Assembly: GCA_951406725.2 (NCBI GenBank) | Contig: OX597832.1 | Location: 46,996,001-47,060,000, forward strand | Source: Octopus vulgaris | Taxonomy: Eukaryota | Length of the DNA: 64,000 bases | Reading direction: 5' to 3' | In this document: piece by piece, positions 1 through 11,670 of the stretch | Layout of the letters: every line of letters begins with the position of its first letter | How positions within the stretch are numbered: position 1 is the first letter of the stretch | Notes under the pieces: model-generated | The model's database searches: none | What the model was told of the DNA's origin: nothing | What the model saw: the letters and a program-made list of their open reading frames with translations, nothing else | Translations under genes and position numbers: made by a program

Positions 1-1298
1 GCCTTTCTTGTCGAGAGTCGTGGTAGGCTATGTAGGTAGGCACTGAAGTCCACCCTACGTTCTTGCCCTCCACTCGTTCCGAACAGTCGGGCAAAATGCT
101 GCTGAAAGGCTTCACACATTTTACTTGGCTCGAGCAATTCGCGCTCCTGTTCATCTACCAGTGACCGAATGGTGGCTTTGTTGCCCTGTTGCGCCTCTGC
201 CACCCGGGCCTCTCTCGCGGCTCCAACACCTTCGTTCCTTAGAGCACGCATCCTAGCTCTGACAGCACATCCTTCGTGTTTGGCGTTGAAGTGTTGGTCG
301 AGGGCCAACCTCGCCGCCAAAACGTCGGATGCGATGCCGCTTCTAATTGCCTCTTCTAGCTTCTTAACTAGCTCACCCTCTACTCTATTTCTATCTATGG
401 CTAGTGCTTTGCTGTACCTAATCGCTTCTGCTTTTACTGCTCTCTTGAGGGCAAACCACCATTTGTTGTTGATGATGGCTCCCGTCAAAGCCCTCTTTAC
501 TAGTGTGCTAATCCGGTCTCTGAAAACTTGTCTCGATGGGAAAGACGCGTTTAGTTTCCAGTATCCGGGACCCTGCCTAAGTGTCTTACCTAAGTCTAGC
601 GTACATGTCACAAGTTTGTGATCCGTGTAGCTGACTATGTGGAATTGTGGACATCCTATGCTATCTCTATCTACTGTCCTACACAGTATCCTATCTAGAT
701 ACGATCTCGATGACCCGATGCGGTTGCTCCATGTCCACGTTGGCGCATTCGGGTGGTCTAGTCGGAACCTGTCAGACAGTTGAAAGCGTCTGAGCAGGTC
801 TCTGAGGCATTTGCATCCCCGTCTATTCCTATCTCTACCCACGTAGTCTACATGCGTGTCCAAGGTAGCATTCCAATCCCCCACTAAGAGTAAAGGACGA
901 GACGTTCCCAAGAAAACTTCTAGACGTTGAAAGAAATCCGCCCGACCTGTTAAGGGCGGTGCGTAAACTGATACGAGTCGAAAAGCGCACCCATTGCTGC
1001 CGTCGACATCCAGGACGACCAGTCTACCCTCCGGGTCTACGAATATTGTCCTTACTTTGAGATCCAGACTCTTGTGAAAAAGTACCGCGGTGCCACTACC
1101 GCCCATTCTCGGCAGACAGGGGGAAAAATAAATGTTGAACTGTCCGCCAAACATGGTCTTTAGGGCCCGCGGATTGTGGAGTCTGGTCTCGTTTATGGCT
1201 ATGATTTCTAACTTATGTGACTTTATGTCATTTAAGAGGTACCCTTGTTTCCAAGGGGACCCCAAGCCACGCGCATTTACACAACCAATCTTGATCAT
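1..1298 (-). CDS. ORF2 N-terminal part: apurinic-like (APE) endonuclease plus linker; RT expected downstream outside the window
   Basis: Missing from the ORF track because it has no stop in the window. Manual translation from ATG at 1298: MIKIGCVNARGL...IIAINETRL...DPEGRLVVLDV...FRLVSVYAP...LLLVGDWNATLD...WTWSN...SRSYLDRIL...SYTDHKLV...GPGYWKLNAS, open for 432 codons to position 3. NARGL, ET, YAP, GDWN, LDR and TDH are the APE motifs; GYWKLN is typical of L1/Tx1 ORF2. Confidence 0.95.
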   Translation of the reverse strand, partial: MIKIGCVNARGLGSPWKQGYLLNDIKSHKLEIIAINETRLHNPRALKTMFGGQFNIYFSPCLPRMGGSGTAVLFHKSLDLKVRTIFVDPEGRLVVLDVDGSNGCAFRLVSVYAPPLTGRADFFQRLEVFLGTSRPLLLVGDWNATLDTHVDYVGRDRNRRGCKCLRDLLRRFQLSDRFRLDHPNAPTWTWSNRIGSSRSYLDRILCRTVDRDSIGCPQFHIVSYTDHKLVTCTLDLGKTLRQGPGYWKLNASFPSRQVFRDRISTLVKRALTGAIINNKWWFALKRAVKAEAIRYSKALAIDRNRVEGELVKKLEEAIRSGIASDVLAARLALDQHFNAKHEGCAVRARMRALRNEGVGAAREARVAEAQQGNKATIRSLVDEQERELLEPSKMCEAFQQHFARLFGTSGGQERRVDFSAYLHSLPRLSTRK

Positions 1299-3319
1299 AG
1301 TTCTAATGAATTAGAATACAGAGGGTTACTTACTGCTTTCTCCTCCGTTGGTTTGTCCTCGAGAAGATCCCAGTACAGTTTCTTTGTGAGATATTTTTGG
1401 CATTTACCAACCGCACTGGGGAAAATGCCTTTGAGTGTGTGGTGCAGACTTTTGGAGATGTGTAATATTTTGATGTGGTCTGGTGGTGTTGTGTATGGGT
1501 GATTGTTTGTTTTTATGTCATCTTCTGTTATGTTTGTTTTTGATTGGATGTATTCCATTAAATTTGTGTTTTTGGTGTCTATGGCTGTGAGCATGTTTGC
1601 TGTATATGTTTTTGTGGTGTTGGTGTGGCTGTTGTTTGCGTTGGGTTTTGAAATGTCTTCGGGAGATGTATTTCCCCCTGCTTTGTTCGTGTTTGCATTT
1701 GGTTTGGTTGTGTTTCTGCTCTTTATTTTCCTTCTTTTTGTAGCTATTTGCCATTCCTCACTGGTTTCGTCTTCCGACGAAATTTCTGAGGAATCAGAAG
1801 GGGGTAGGGGTATGTTGTGGGCTTCTATGTATGTCTGTGTAAGTGGTTGTGTTGTTGTTTTCGTTGTTGTTGGTTGTTGAGTGTTTGTGTGTGTTGAGTG
1901 CGGTATAAGGGATGGGGGATCAGTTTGTGTGTGTTTTCTTTGTTTTTCTGTTCCTTTGGGTTTTGCTGTTGTTGGTGGTGTTGGTATTTTTCCAGGTGTT
2001 GAGTGGTTTTTGGTTGATGACGGATTAGCTTGGTGTGCTTCTCTTGTCGTCTTCTGTGTTGATGGTGGTGTGGGTAGTAGAGCTTTTTTTCCGGAGTGCT
2101 TTGGTTGTGGTAGTGGTTGTTGTTGTTGCTCTTGGTGTGCAGTGGTTGGGCACGTCTTTTTCAAGTGTGTTTCGCTTCCACACAAATAGCAGCGTGGTCG
2201 CCTGCCCTCAACCACTATATAGAGTTTGTAGCCTCCTGGCAGTTCTATAGAGGTGGGTATCTTCTCTCTTGCTGCTTCATCCAATTGAAGCAGGAATTCG
2301 ATTGATTTGCCCACATAGTCTTTCTCTCCTAGAACCACGATTTCCAGGATGTTTGTCTCTGACATTGTCTCTGACATTTCAAAGCAGATGGCAGAGACCA
2401 ACCATTGTGTTTCGACATCAAATGGTATGTTTTTTATTTGGACTTTCGTGACCCTTTTGTTTAAATAGACTGGTATCATTACCAAGTCGTCCGAATGTAG
2501 CTCCAATGTGGAAAAACGTTTTGCTAAACTTTCGTTGAGGAAACGTACTTGGACTGTACCAAATTTGTTTCCCCAACTGATATATTCCTTGGAGTCCCAT
2601 GCAGGACGAAGGCATTTTTCGATTTTTTCCTGCGGTGCATTTTCTGTTCTTCTTGTTTTTTTGTTTATTACTTTATAAATTATTGTTTTTTTTTTGGTGT
2701 TTTCCACGATGTGTTGTGGAATGTGAAGGTGCAATTTGTCTCCTTCTTTGGAGAAGAGTGCCTTTGTGCGGTTTATCTCTTGTGTGGTGAATGTTACAAT
2801 TGTTCTTTTTTGTTTTGTTACGTCCGCAAAATTCGTTTTGAATTTGGCAGTAGAAGTGTTAATTGTGGCAGTGTTAATTGAAGTCATGGTAGTGGTGTTG
2901 GTGTTGGCGGTATTAGCAGTAGAAGGCTTGGATGTAGCATTTGACGTCGTAGTAGTGGTGTTGGTGTTGGCGGTGTTGTCTTTGGTAGGCGGCTTTGTGC
3001 CAATTTCGTTGTTGTTGTTGTTGGTGGTGATGGTGGTGGTGCTGGCATTCATGTTTTCGTTTGTATTCATTTTTGAAATCCCTTTCTCTGTCCCTTTATC
3101 ATCAACAAGTGGTGTGGGGAGTGAGGGGAAATCTAAGTTAATGTCTTTGGTCGCGGCGATGGTGAATGCGGCGTTAGATTTGTTGTTGTTGTTGGTGGTG
3201 GTGGTGATGGTGGTGACAGCGGTGTTCACGCTGCGATGTTTAGTAGTTAGTGGTAGCAATAGTGTTTTGCTACCGTTCTGCATGACTGGCGGGCTAGCCA
3301 CGTGGTTTCTAGTTGCCAT
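1295..3319 (-). CDS. ORF1 (gag-like nucleic-acid-binding protein), ~674 aa
   Basis: First ATG is at 3319 (the track starts at an upstream TTG). Thr/Asn low-complexity N-terminus, probable RRM-like region (KVQIKNIPFDV), zinc knuckle CYLCGSETHLKKTC (CX2CX4HX4C), then acidic and basic stretch EEWQIATKRRK. Confidence 0.9.
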   Translation of the reverse strand: MATRNHVASPPVMQNGSKTLLLPLTTKHRSVNTAVTTITTTTNNNNKSNAAFTIAATKDINLDFPSLPTPLVDDKGTEKGISKMNTNENMNASTTTITTNNNNNEIGTKPPTKDNTANTNTTTTTSNATSKPSTANTANTNTTTMTSINTATINTSTAKFKTNFADVTKQKRTIVTFTTQEINRTKALFSKEGDKLHLHIPQHIVENTKKKTIIYKVINKKTRRTENAPQEKIEKCLRPAWDSKEYISWGNKFGTVQVRFLNESLAKRFSTLELHSDDLVMIPVYLNKRVTKVQIKNIPFDVETQWLVSAICFEMSETMSETNILEIVVLGEKDYVGKSIEFLLQLDEAAREKIPTSIELPGGYKLYIVVEGRRPRCYLCGSETHLKKTCPTTAHQEQQQQPLPQPKHSGKKALLPTPPSTQKTTREAHQANPSSTKNHSTPGKIPTPPTTAKPKGTEKQRKHTQTDPPSLIPHSTHTNTQQPTTTKTTTQPLTQTYIEAHNIPLPPSDSSEISSEDETSEEWQIATKRRKIKSRNTTKPNANTNKAGGNTSPEDISKPNANNSHTNTTKTYTANMLTAIDTKNTNLMEYIQSKTNITEDDIKTNNHPYTTPPDHIKILHISKSLHHTLKGIFPSAVGKCQKYLTKKLYWDLLEDKPTEEKAVSNPLYSNSLEL

Positions 3320-3540
3320 TTTCAAAATGAAAAATGGCTAAAAAACCCACGAAAGTTTTGAAAGTTTTTTTGTAATTTCGCCCATACAGGGGCGGAATTC
3401 TACGTGAATAATTCTCAGGTTTTTTAGTGAATGAACTTGCACAACGATTAAAACAAAATATTTGACAACAAGGAGTTTTAAACATGTAAAAGTGGCCAAC
3501 TTACGTGGAGCCGATATGACTATCGTCCGTCCATTGTGAT

Positions 3541-3575
3541 GATAGACAGATAGATAGATAGATAGATAGACAGAC

Positions 3576-3660
<85 letters not shown>
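3541..3660. repeat. (GATA)n microsatellite abutting the retrotransposon 5' end
   Basis: About 30 GATA/GACA units read directly. Confidence 0.97.
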
Positions 3661-3661
<1 letters not shown>

Positions 3662-4261
3662 GTGGATGGATAGTTATAGCTATGCGTACATAGATTTGCA
3701 TGTTTATGTTTGTGAGTCTAATATTTTGTAACAAATTGTCTTCCAATATCAGTTAGCATTTAAAAATATATGTATTTAACGTATGGGATGTATATGATAA
3801 CGCGTCTGCAAACAGTAGTACTTAGAAGGTAAAGCGAACTCAATACGTGTACCGGAGTAAATATGTTATTCTTGAAATGGCTTACATTTCCATTCCTTGA
3901 GGCTTTGCAGCAGGAAATCGTTCGAACATCAACGGGTTGAGTATTAACAAAGAATTTCTGAACTAGATTTCAATGGTTGTTATTTGGTACGTTAGCAACA
4001 TCGTGAGAAACCTGCCCCACACCAACTTATCAGAAGTGCTTGAAAATTAAGAAAATAGTCAAAACGTACATTTAGGTTTTCTAAGATTCCTGATGTGAAT
4101 ACGTGTGTTGAAACAAATATTATTATATTTGGAGATGGTCTTTATTTTTATTTTTTTATTTTGGCAAATGACCAGACACGTTATATACTTGTTCTTTGCT
4201 TTATTATTATATTTGTTTTAGTATACGTTCAGTAAGAGCACCAAAATACAATTTAAGTATA

Positions 4262-4644
4262 TTGCTTACCAACCACATGGTTCCGGGTTCAGTCCCACTG
4301 CGTGGCACCTTGGGCAGGTGTCTTCTATTATAGCCTTGGGCCGACCGAAGACTTGTGAGTTGATTTGGTAGACGGAAACTGAAAGAAGCCCGTCGTATAT
4401 ATGTGTATAATTATGTATGTGTGTGTATATGTTTGTGTGTCTGTGTTTGTCCTCACAACATCGCTTGACAACCGACACTGGTGTGTCTACGTCCCCGTAC
4501 ATAAGTGGTTCGGCAAAAGAGACCGATAGAATAAGTACCAGGCTTACAAAGAATAAGTCCTGGGGTCGATTTACTCGACTAAAGGCGGTGCTCCAGCATG
4601 GCCACAGTCAAATGACTGAAACAAGTAAAAGGGTAAAGAGTAAA
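4262..4644 (+). mobile_element. SINE family A, 5'-truncated copy
   Basis: Matches the full copies at 39783 and 52708: GGTTCAGTCCC B-box, internal TA/TG tract, GAAACAAGTAAAAG tail. Confidence 0.9.
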
Positions 4645-4744
4645 GCGTGTATGTATATATGTATGTATGTTTGCATGCATGTATATATGCATGCATGTAT
4701 GTATGTATGTATTATGTACTTATACACATACACATGCACACTTA

Positions 4745-4780
<36 letters not shown>

Positions 4781-5185
4781 GTATAGCTTTCACAAAGGCG
4801 TAACTTTCATGAGGCAGCCAAGACTCTGCTGTTTTATACCGGATTGTTAGCGCTATTTTTTGTATCCGTTGTAAAACACTTTATCCTCAAGTGACCCACT
4901 CTAGAAAACTGCGAGACTTCATGTACAGCGAGATAGAAATACCACGTTATTCTACGTGATAGGAAAACAGACAGACTGACAGACAGGCTAGGCAGGCAAG
5001 GCAGACAGACAGGCAGATACATAGTCAGACAAAGTGGGTTTGTGGGTAACAGTAAAAGCATTCTGAAGTTGACATTTTTGCTGGGTCAAAAAATAGACTA
5101 TGGGAAATTTATGATGTACTATAGTTCCTCAGAAACCCTATCTGTGTTTTGACCTTATTCTGCAGTAAAAAAAGTGTTATAGGAC

Positions 5186-5186
<1 letters not shown>

Positions 5187-5243
<57 letters not shown>

Positions 5244-5605
5244 GTCTGGCAACCCAACTCTCTATCCATCTATTTATCTATCTCTCTATTTATCTCTGTT
5301 TCCTTTAATAATTGTCTGCCTATAAGTCAGTTTCTCTCTCTCTCTCTCTCTTCTTCTCTTCTTCTTCTTCTTCTTCTTCTTCTTCTTCTTCTCTGTGTCC
5401 CTCGGTCACCATACGCTTCCCCCATCCTCTGTCTATCTGTTTCTCTCTCTCTCTCCCTCTCTCTCTAATTCCCTGTTTCTGTGCGTATTTCTCTCTGTTT
5501 TTCTGTCTGTCTCTGTTTCTTTCTCTCTCCTCTCCCCTCTCTTTCTCCTTCATTCATTCACTCCTTTCTCATTAACCTTTCTGATGGTGATTTGCATGTT
5601 ATTTG

Positions 5606-5656
<51 letters not shown>

Positions 5657-5699
5657 CGACGACGACGACGACGACGACGATGATGATGATGATGATGAT
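5187..5699. repeat. Compound microsatellites (TATC)n, (TC)n, (TTC)n, (GAT)n/(GAC)n
   Basis: Read directly; explains the poly-D/M/S/H ORFs in the track. Confidence 0.95.
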
Positions 5700-6599
5700 C
5701 TAAAAAGTAGGCGGATGTATGTAGCGCTGAAGAACATCGCTGTGCAAAAATGAGGTCCGGTGATCGAACGTAATGCGTGACGTCTGCTTCGAGTGTCTTT
5801 TTAAGCACGTACTTTTTGGATTCCTATCTTTTGCCATATTTTTTTCTTTCTTTTTATTCAATGCTGCTTCTATTGTATTTCTATGATGGAAACGTCCCAC
5901 ATTCTTAAACTTTGCTCAGAAATAAAAGAACTAATCAATATTATTCCCTAAATCAGAAATCGATGTTCGTTATACGACGTCCACAAAGATTTCACGTGTG
6001 TTTATTTTCATAGTCACCATAAAATCATTGGATCATTGGTTCATCAACGAAGTCTTCCGCTTAATTCTAATTAACTTTAGTCGACAAGTCGATATGGAGA
6101 AAAAAAAACTGCTGCGTGTGATCTATTAACTGTTAGCAGACTCAGTCTAAAGTTCAAAACCATTTACATTAAGCTTTAGATCATCGTTCACAACAGAATA
6201 TTATTACACTTTTGCCTTGAGCAGTCGATGAAACGTGTAAAATTATGTGCACTTACTGACACCTCTTAAAATTCAAGATTTGTTCGGCGAACATTAACCT
6301 TTCGTATTTCATTAACCTTCATGCTGGATTTTTTCAAGAAATTTTTCTATTTTATACTTCGGTGTGAGAATTCTCGAGAATTTCCTGAACAGAAACAGCA
6401 GCGGTATTCAGTTACGAAAATAGGATTTCAATATATTCTTATCTATCCATAGAAGTAACTGCGGTGTTTTGAACCTGTATAAATATAAACTTGACTTAAG
6501 AAAGGAAATCTTTTATAATCACCGGATGAATATTTAGAATTATACGCTCCAATCCACATGAATTAAGGATTTTCTTGAATTCTTATCTGCTAATGCTCG

Positions 6600-6822
6600 A
6601 AGGCGCATGGCTAACTGGTTAGAGCGTCGAGCCTACGATCGTGAGGTTAAGAGCTCGAATCCCGGACCGGACTGCGTGTTGTGTTCTTGAGCAAGACACT
6701 TTATTTCACGTTGCTCCAGTTCACTCAGCTGTAGAAACGAGTCACGACGTCACAAGTACCAAGCTGTATCGGCCTTTGCCTTTCCTTTGGATAACACTGG
6801 TAGCATGTAGAGAGGAGGCCCA
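6600..6822 (+). mobile_element. SINE family D (tRNA head + CORE-like domain), 3'-truncated
   Basis: Near-identical to 61937-62290. A-box TGGCTAACTGG, B-box-like CTCGAATCCC, then GTTGTGTTCTTGAGCAAGACACTTT...CCAGTTCACTCAGCTGTA. Confidence 0.85.
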
Positions 6823-6827
6823 AGGTT

Positions 6828-6922
6828 AAAGTAAAAGACACTTGCCCAAGGTGCCACGCAGTGGGACTGAACCCGGAACCCTGTGGTTGGTAAGCAAGCT
6901 ACTTACCACACTCCTGCGCCTA
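6828..6922 (-). mobile_element. SINE family A head fragment
   Basis: Reverse complement of the family A 5' ~95 bp. Confidence 0.85.
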
Positions 6923-7125
6923 CAACGAGACCAGGCGAGGAAACTCACCAATAGATGATCAAGAACATTAGATATCGACATACTTTAACACACTGCATCG
7001 TGTAGAGAGCTTTCCCGGGACGCTATTCCGCAGCAAATGAGTGTATAAATAATATATACACTATGTATGTGCAACTGATAATGTTTACATCATTAGAGCT
7101 GCTTTTAATCCGTAAATTTAATACC

Positions 7126-7358
7126 TTTTTCTTTACTACCCACAAGGGGCTAAACACAGAGAGGACAGACAAGGACAGACAAAGGGATTAAGTCGATCAC
7201 ATCGACACCAGTTCGTAACTGGTACTTAATTTATCGACCCCCCAAAGGATGAAAGGCAAAGCCGACCTCGGCGGAATTTGAACTCAGAACGTAACGACAG
7301 ACGAAATACCGTAAAGCATTTCGCCCAGCGTGCTAACGTTTCTGCCAGCTCGCCGCCT
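7126..7358 (-). mobile_element. SINE family B (Meta/MESC-like domain), full monomer with TSD
   Basis: Head AGGCGGCGAGCTGGCAGAAACG, B-box GAGTTCAAATTCC, core CTTTGCCTTTCATCCTTT. 14-bp direct repeat TCCGTAAATTTAAT at 7109-7122 and 7359-7372. Confidence 0.9.
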
Positions 7359-8446
7359 TCCGTAAATTTAATCCCTATAATCATTTACATAAAACTTAAA
7401 TACATGGAAATAGGTAAGCGACATTCCACTGCTGTATGGAATTGCTCTACCTGCAAAAAACAGCTAAAAAATTTACACCTTTAATCACGCCCTAACGAGA
7501 TGTTTTTCATATTCATATTCAATTTGGGGGGAACAACAGCAACCACGACACCAGTCTCTGCAGCAATAGAAGAATATGCCACATCTTTACATGATACATA
7601 CCAAAAGATTCTTGTTATACTATTAACAGATGAGTTATTCTAATTTGGATTGGCCATCTGGTATTTATGACCCACAAAAGCAAGGTGAACTGATATATGT
7701 ATAATTAAGTATGCTGCCTCAAAAGCACTGTTAAATATACTGAAACAGATTCAAACTGACACCATCAGATTGTAGATCAGCTGATTATCAATTTATACAC
7801 GCTTCCAGTTCATTCGTCTGTAAATATTAAAACAATTACTGAAATTACAACGGCGGTTGAATTTCACGTACTCTTAAAAAAAACCAAACGTCATTTTATG
7901 CTATAATAGAAATTCTGCAAATGTAGATTTTATATATAGATATTTATGGAACTACCTGACCTTAGTAAATCCTCATGAGCATGGTGAACAGCAGAAATGA
8001 AATCTATGATTTGCATATTCATTCTTGATACCTTCCGGCGTATTCGAACATAAATATGCTAATCGCTGGTATGTTTCATCATTGGAGAACGACTTGTTCA
8101 CCAATGAATATGTCGGCCGTAAAACATTGATAAGTTCCAAAACTACAGGAACAGATTAGAAATGAATAATTAATCATTATACCGGATATCTCTTATTATC
8201 AGCGTCAGCTGTAATCGTATACAGAATGCATTTGTTTAAAGACAAAATCCTTACGAATTCTGTAATTTATGTTTTCGTAGAATCACAATCAGACCTCTTA
8301 ACGTTTTACAGCAGATATTGAGCCTCCATATTAATATCAGCTGGCTAACGTGCCCATGAGTCATATCAGATGTATAAAACCTGTAACGCTCTAAGAAATT
8401 GCCTATAGGGAGCTAATTCAAACTAGATTTGAAGTGCTACTTGCGG

Positions 8447-8612
8447 TAAATTATATCGACCCCAGTGTTCTACTGGTACTTAATTTATCGACCTCGAAAG
8501 GTTGAAAGGCAAAGTCGACCTCGGCAGAATTTGAGCTCAGAACGTAAAAACGGATGAAATGCCGCCAAGCATTTTGCCCGGCGTGCTAACGGTTCTGCCA
8601 GCTCGCCGCCTT
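8447..8612 (-). mobile_element. SINE family B, head + core without the B1 tail
   Basis: Aligns by eye to 7200-7358. Confidence 0.85.
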
Positions 8613-8630
8613 ACGCTTAAGATGTATTAT

Positions 8631-8922
8631 TGTTTGTTCCTTCTCGAGCATTAGGTCCGGTTTCCCGGTTTCCTTGGTGTATAGTTTCCCCACCTGGACG
8701 TGACGCCGGCCCGTCGAAGGTGAGCTGCAAGATGCAGGAGGAAAGAACGAGAGAAAGTTGAGCCGAAAGAGTCAGCAGAAGTTCCCCATTACCTTCTGCC
8801 GGAGCCGCGTGGAGCTTAAGTGTTTTCGCTCATAAACACACACATCGCCTGGTTTGAGATTCGAACACGCGATCCCTCGACCGCAAGTCCGCTGTTCTAA
8901 CCACCAGGCTATGTGCCTCCAC
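8631..8922 (-). mobile_element. SINE family C variant with V-like domain, with TSD
   Basis: tRNA-like head GTGGAGGCACATAGCCTGGTGG...TTCGAATC and body related to 44010-44330. 13-bp direct repeat TAAGATGTATTAT at 8618-8630 and 8923-8935. Confidence 0.85.
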
Positions 8923-9498
8923 TAAGATGTATTATACACCAGACTATATTAGTTCGATTTTTAAATCCTCACCACACCGGCAATCTTTGAGCATAAATCG
9001 CTATCCAATGCCGAGTGAAGACTTTTGCTGTTCGTACAAATTAAGTGAAACGCTACCGTTCCAAAATTACTTATGGTGTTTCCTTGGCATCGACATTCTC
9101 AATCGCATCCATTGGGATTCCGTATCAGTCTCTGAAATACAAACAAAACTGACCGGATACACGTTTTTTTTGTAGACACATTGTATTTTATTTTATAAAG
9201 GATTTGTTTGTTTTTATTTTTTGTTTTCTTGTTTGACTTTTTGGGTTTATAAATATATAATCTAATTCCAAATAACTGCAGACACAGATTCCACCCCCTC
9301 TCTCTCTCTCTCTCTCTCTTCTCTTTCTCTCCCTCTTTCTCTTTCTCACCCTCTCTCTCTCTAGCTATCTATCTTTCCCTCTCACTCTCGCAAATAGACA
9401 TACACACAAGCACACACATATACTCACATATATACGCACGTATATAGGCGTGTGTATGTGTGTGTACGTATGCTTGTATACTTATCTATTTATATAGC

Positions 9499-9530
<32 letters not shown>

Positions 9531-9658
9531 GTGTGTCTGTATTATATGTATGTATATATACTTATATACATGTGTGTGCTTGTCTCTGTATGTCTGTGTG
9601 TATATATGCATATATACATATAGCATGTAATTGTATATTTATGCTGAGAGAGAGTGAG

Positions 9659-9706
<48 letters not shown>

Positions 9707-11189
9707 CGCATATAAACATACTCACGTATATGTATGCGCTTGTGTGTATATGTTTGTGTATGTCCCATAAGTATTGCAAGCTATTAACTTTGAACTGTTG
9801 AACTGTAATTAAAAACAAGGCAGTCTTACACGATACCTCCTCCTCGCGTGCTTCGAGGGATCGCTGTATACCTTACATCGCCTGTTCAGATACTAACCTG
9901 TATGTGTGTATGTGAGCGTATGTAGTAAAGCGTACGCGTGCGCCTGTAGTAGGAGAGAGAAAGATAAAATGAGACTAAGGGTGTAGGACTTGAAAGAATG
10001 AAACAAACACATATAATAAGGGGGAAGAAGTCAGAGGGTAACTGGTTAGTGTTTAAGGGACAGGTGTTAACTGTACGTAGATATTTATTTACTTAAGGGA
10101 GAAGGTAGGCTCGTTTGAAGAACACGAATGCATCTTTCGAATGATATAACATTAAAAGAAAAGAAAAAAAAAACGTATCCTTTATAGAGATTAAAAAAGC
10201 AGAATTCGAAAGCGGGAGGGAAAGAGAAGTCTGAAACTATTTCCAGCATGGTTTATTGGATATATTTCTCTAGAGGCAACCAGGCTGTCATTGCATTTAG
10301 AAACCATGAAAGCTGAATGATTGCAAAAATGTTTTCATCTGGTAGAGTTTCTCAAGGGAGAATTTTTGTTTTTGGGGTTTTTTTTTAATCTTTTAGAAAA
10401 TAAATAAATAAGAAATACTGGATTAGTAAAAATAAAAACCGACGTTCGGTTGGAGTCGTTTTAGAATGTTGAACTGTCTGAAAGAATCACTGCTTATTTA
10501 TTTTTTTTGGAGGGTTGGAGAAGTTGCAATTTCCCGGCCAATCAAACCAATGGAACCATTTTTTCCCATTCCCAGTTGGAAGCGTTTTATTTGACAATAT
10601 ATCATTAAATGTCTTGGCGATGAAAAAATAAAATAAAATAAAAGAGAAAGAAAATACGTCGGAATCTCCATCTTGCCAAAGATACAATTGTAAACGTGTG
10701 CTTTTATGCCGTGGTTTAAAGAAACCAAACATCATCACCATTATAGTTTCACTCATGTTAAGAGGGGAAATTTAATCGTAGTTTTGTTTTGTTTTGTTTT
10801 TTGTTTTTGCTTTGTTTTAGTCTATTTTATGTGATATCGCCGATGCCCACGAGTAACGCACGCACGTCACACACATCTCAGTGATCTCCCTTATAAAATC
10901 GTATTTACGTAACATCTCCATAAATTTGTCGCTGTTCCATGTTTTTGTTCTTTTTTGTCTACTGATTTCTAATGTAGCAACAACCGTTTGGTACTCTTTA
11001 GTTTTATACTCTCACCAGTTGAGCAAATCTGTGGGATCTTTTCGGTTTGAACGGCAGTTTTTAACATAATTTCTAGGCAACAAAAAAATTTAAAACTTCC
11101 TATACTGGTAGAATGTGTTTGTAAAACATCTTTTTCTCTTGGCTTTATTGAGAAAATTCTATAGTTTGTAAGATATTTGTTGGGGGAAC

Positions 11190-11392
11190 AAACACAGACA
11201 CACAACATCGCTTGACAACCGATGCTGGTGTGTTTACGTCCCCGTAACTTAGCGGTTCGACAAAAGAGAACGATAGAATAAGTACTAGGCTTATAAAGAA
11301 TAAATCCTGGGGTCGATTTGCGCGACTAAAGGCGGTGCTCCAGCATGGCCACAGTCAAATAACTGAAACAAGTAAAAGAGTAAAAGTAAAAA
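11190..11392 (+). mobile_element. SINE family A, 3' half
   Basis: CAACATCGCTTGACAACCGATGCTGG...GAAACAAGTAAAAGAGTAAAAG. Confidence 0.88.
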
Positions 11393-11420
11393 GCGTATAT
11401 AAATTATATATATATCTATT

Positions 11421-11491
<71 letters not shown>

Positions 11492-11496
<5 letters not shown>

Positions 11497-11627
11497 GCAT
11501 ATATGCCATTTGAATATAGTTAACCCATAAGGGTGGATGCTACTGTAGTTTGTAGCCCCAGGAAGATATCTCCTCCAGCTGGCTATTGACACACTATCTG
11601 TGTCCTGTCAGTATTTGTGAAGGGGAG

Positions 11628-11629
<2 letters not shown>
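11492..11629. mobile_element. Short unclassified insert within (TA)n
   Basis: ~140 bp of complex sequence sharply bounded by pure (TA)n on both sides. Mobile origin is inferred. Confidence 0.45.

Positions 11630-11670
<41 letters not shown>

Larger units (their letters stand above)
1..3540 (-). mobile_element. Non-LTR retrotransposon, L1/Tx1-type, apparently intact 5' half (3' part runs off the window)
   Basis: Two tandem minus-strand ORFs (gag-like ORF1, APE-containing ORF2) with no stops or frameshifts in my manual translation. A ~220-bp 5' UTR ends at the (GATA)n tract. Confidence 0.93.

Noticed and set aside
169-3341. Plus-strand ORFs (150 aa, 125 aa, 201 aa and others)
   Set aside because: Antisense shadows of retrotransposon ORF1/ORF2 with no independent motifs.
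4085-4135. CTGATGTG...GAAACAAATAT hammerhead-like string
   Set aside because: Core is CUGAUGU, there is no UH cleavage triplet after the hairpin, and no stem I.
8940-9185. Possible mariner-like end (TTTTTTTGTAGACACATTGTA)
   Set aside because: No partner TIR or transposase similarity visible.
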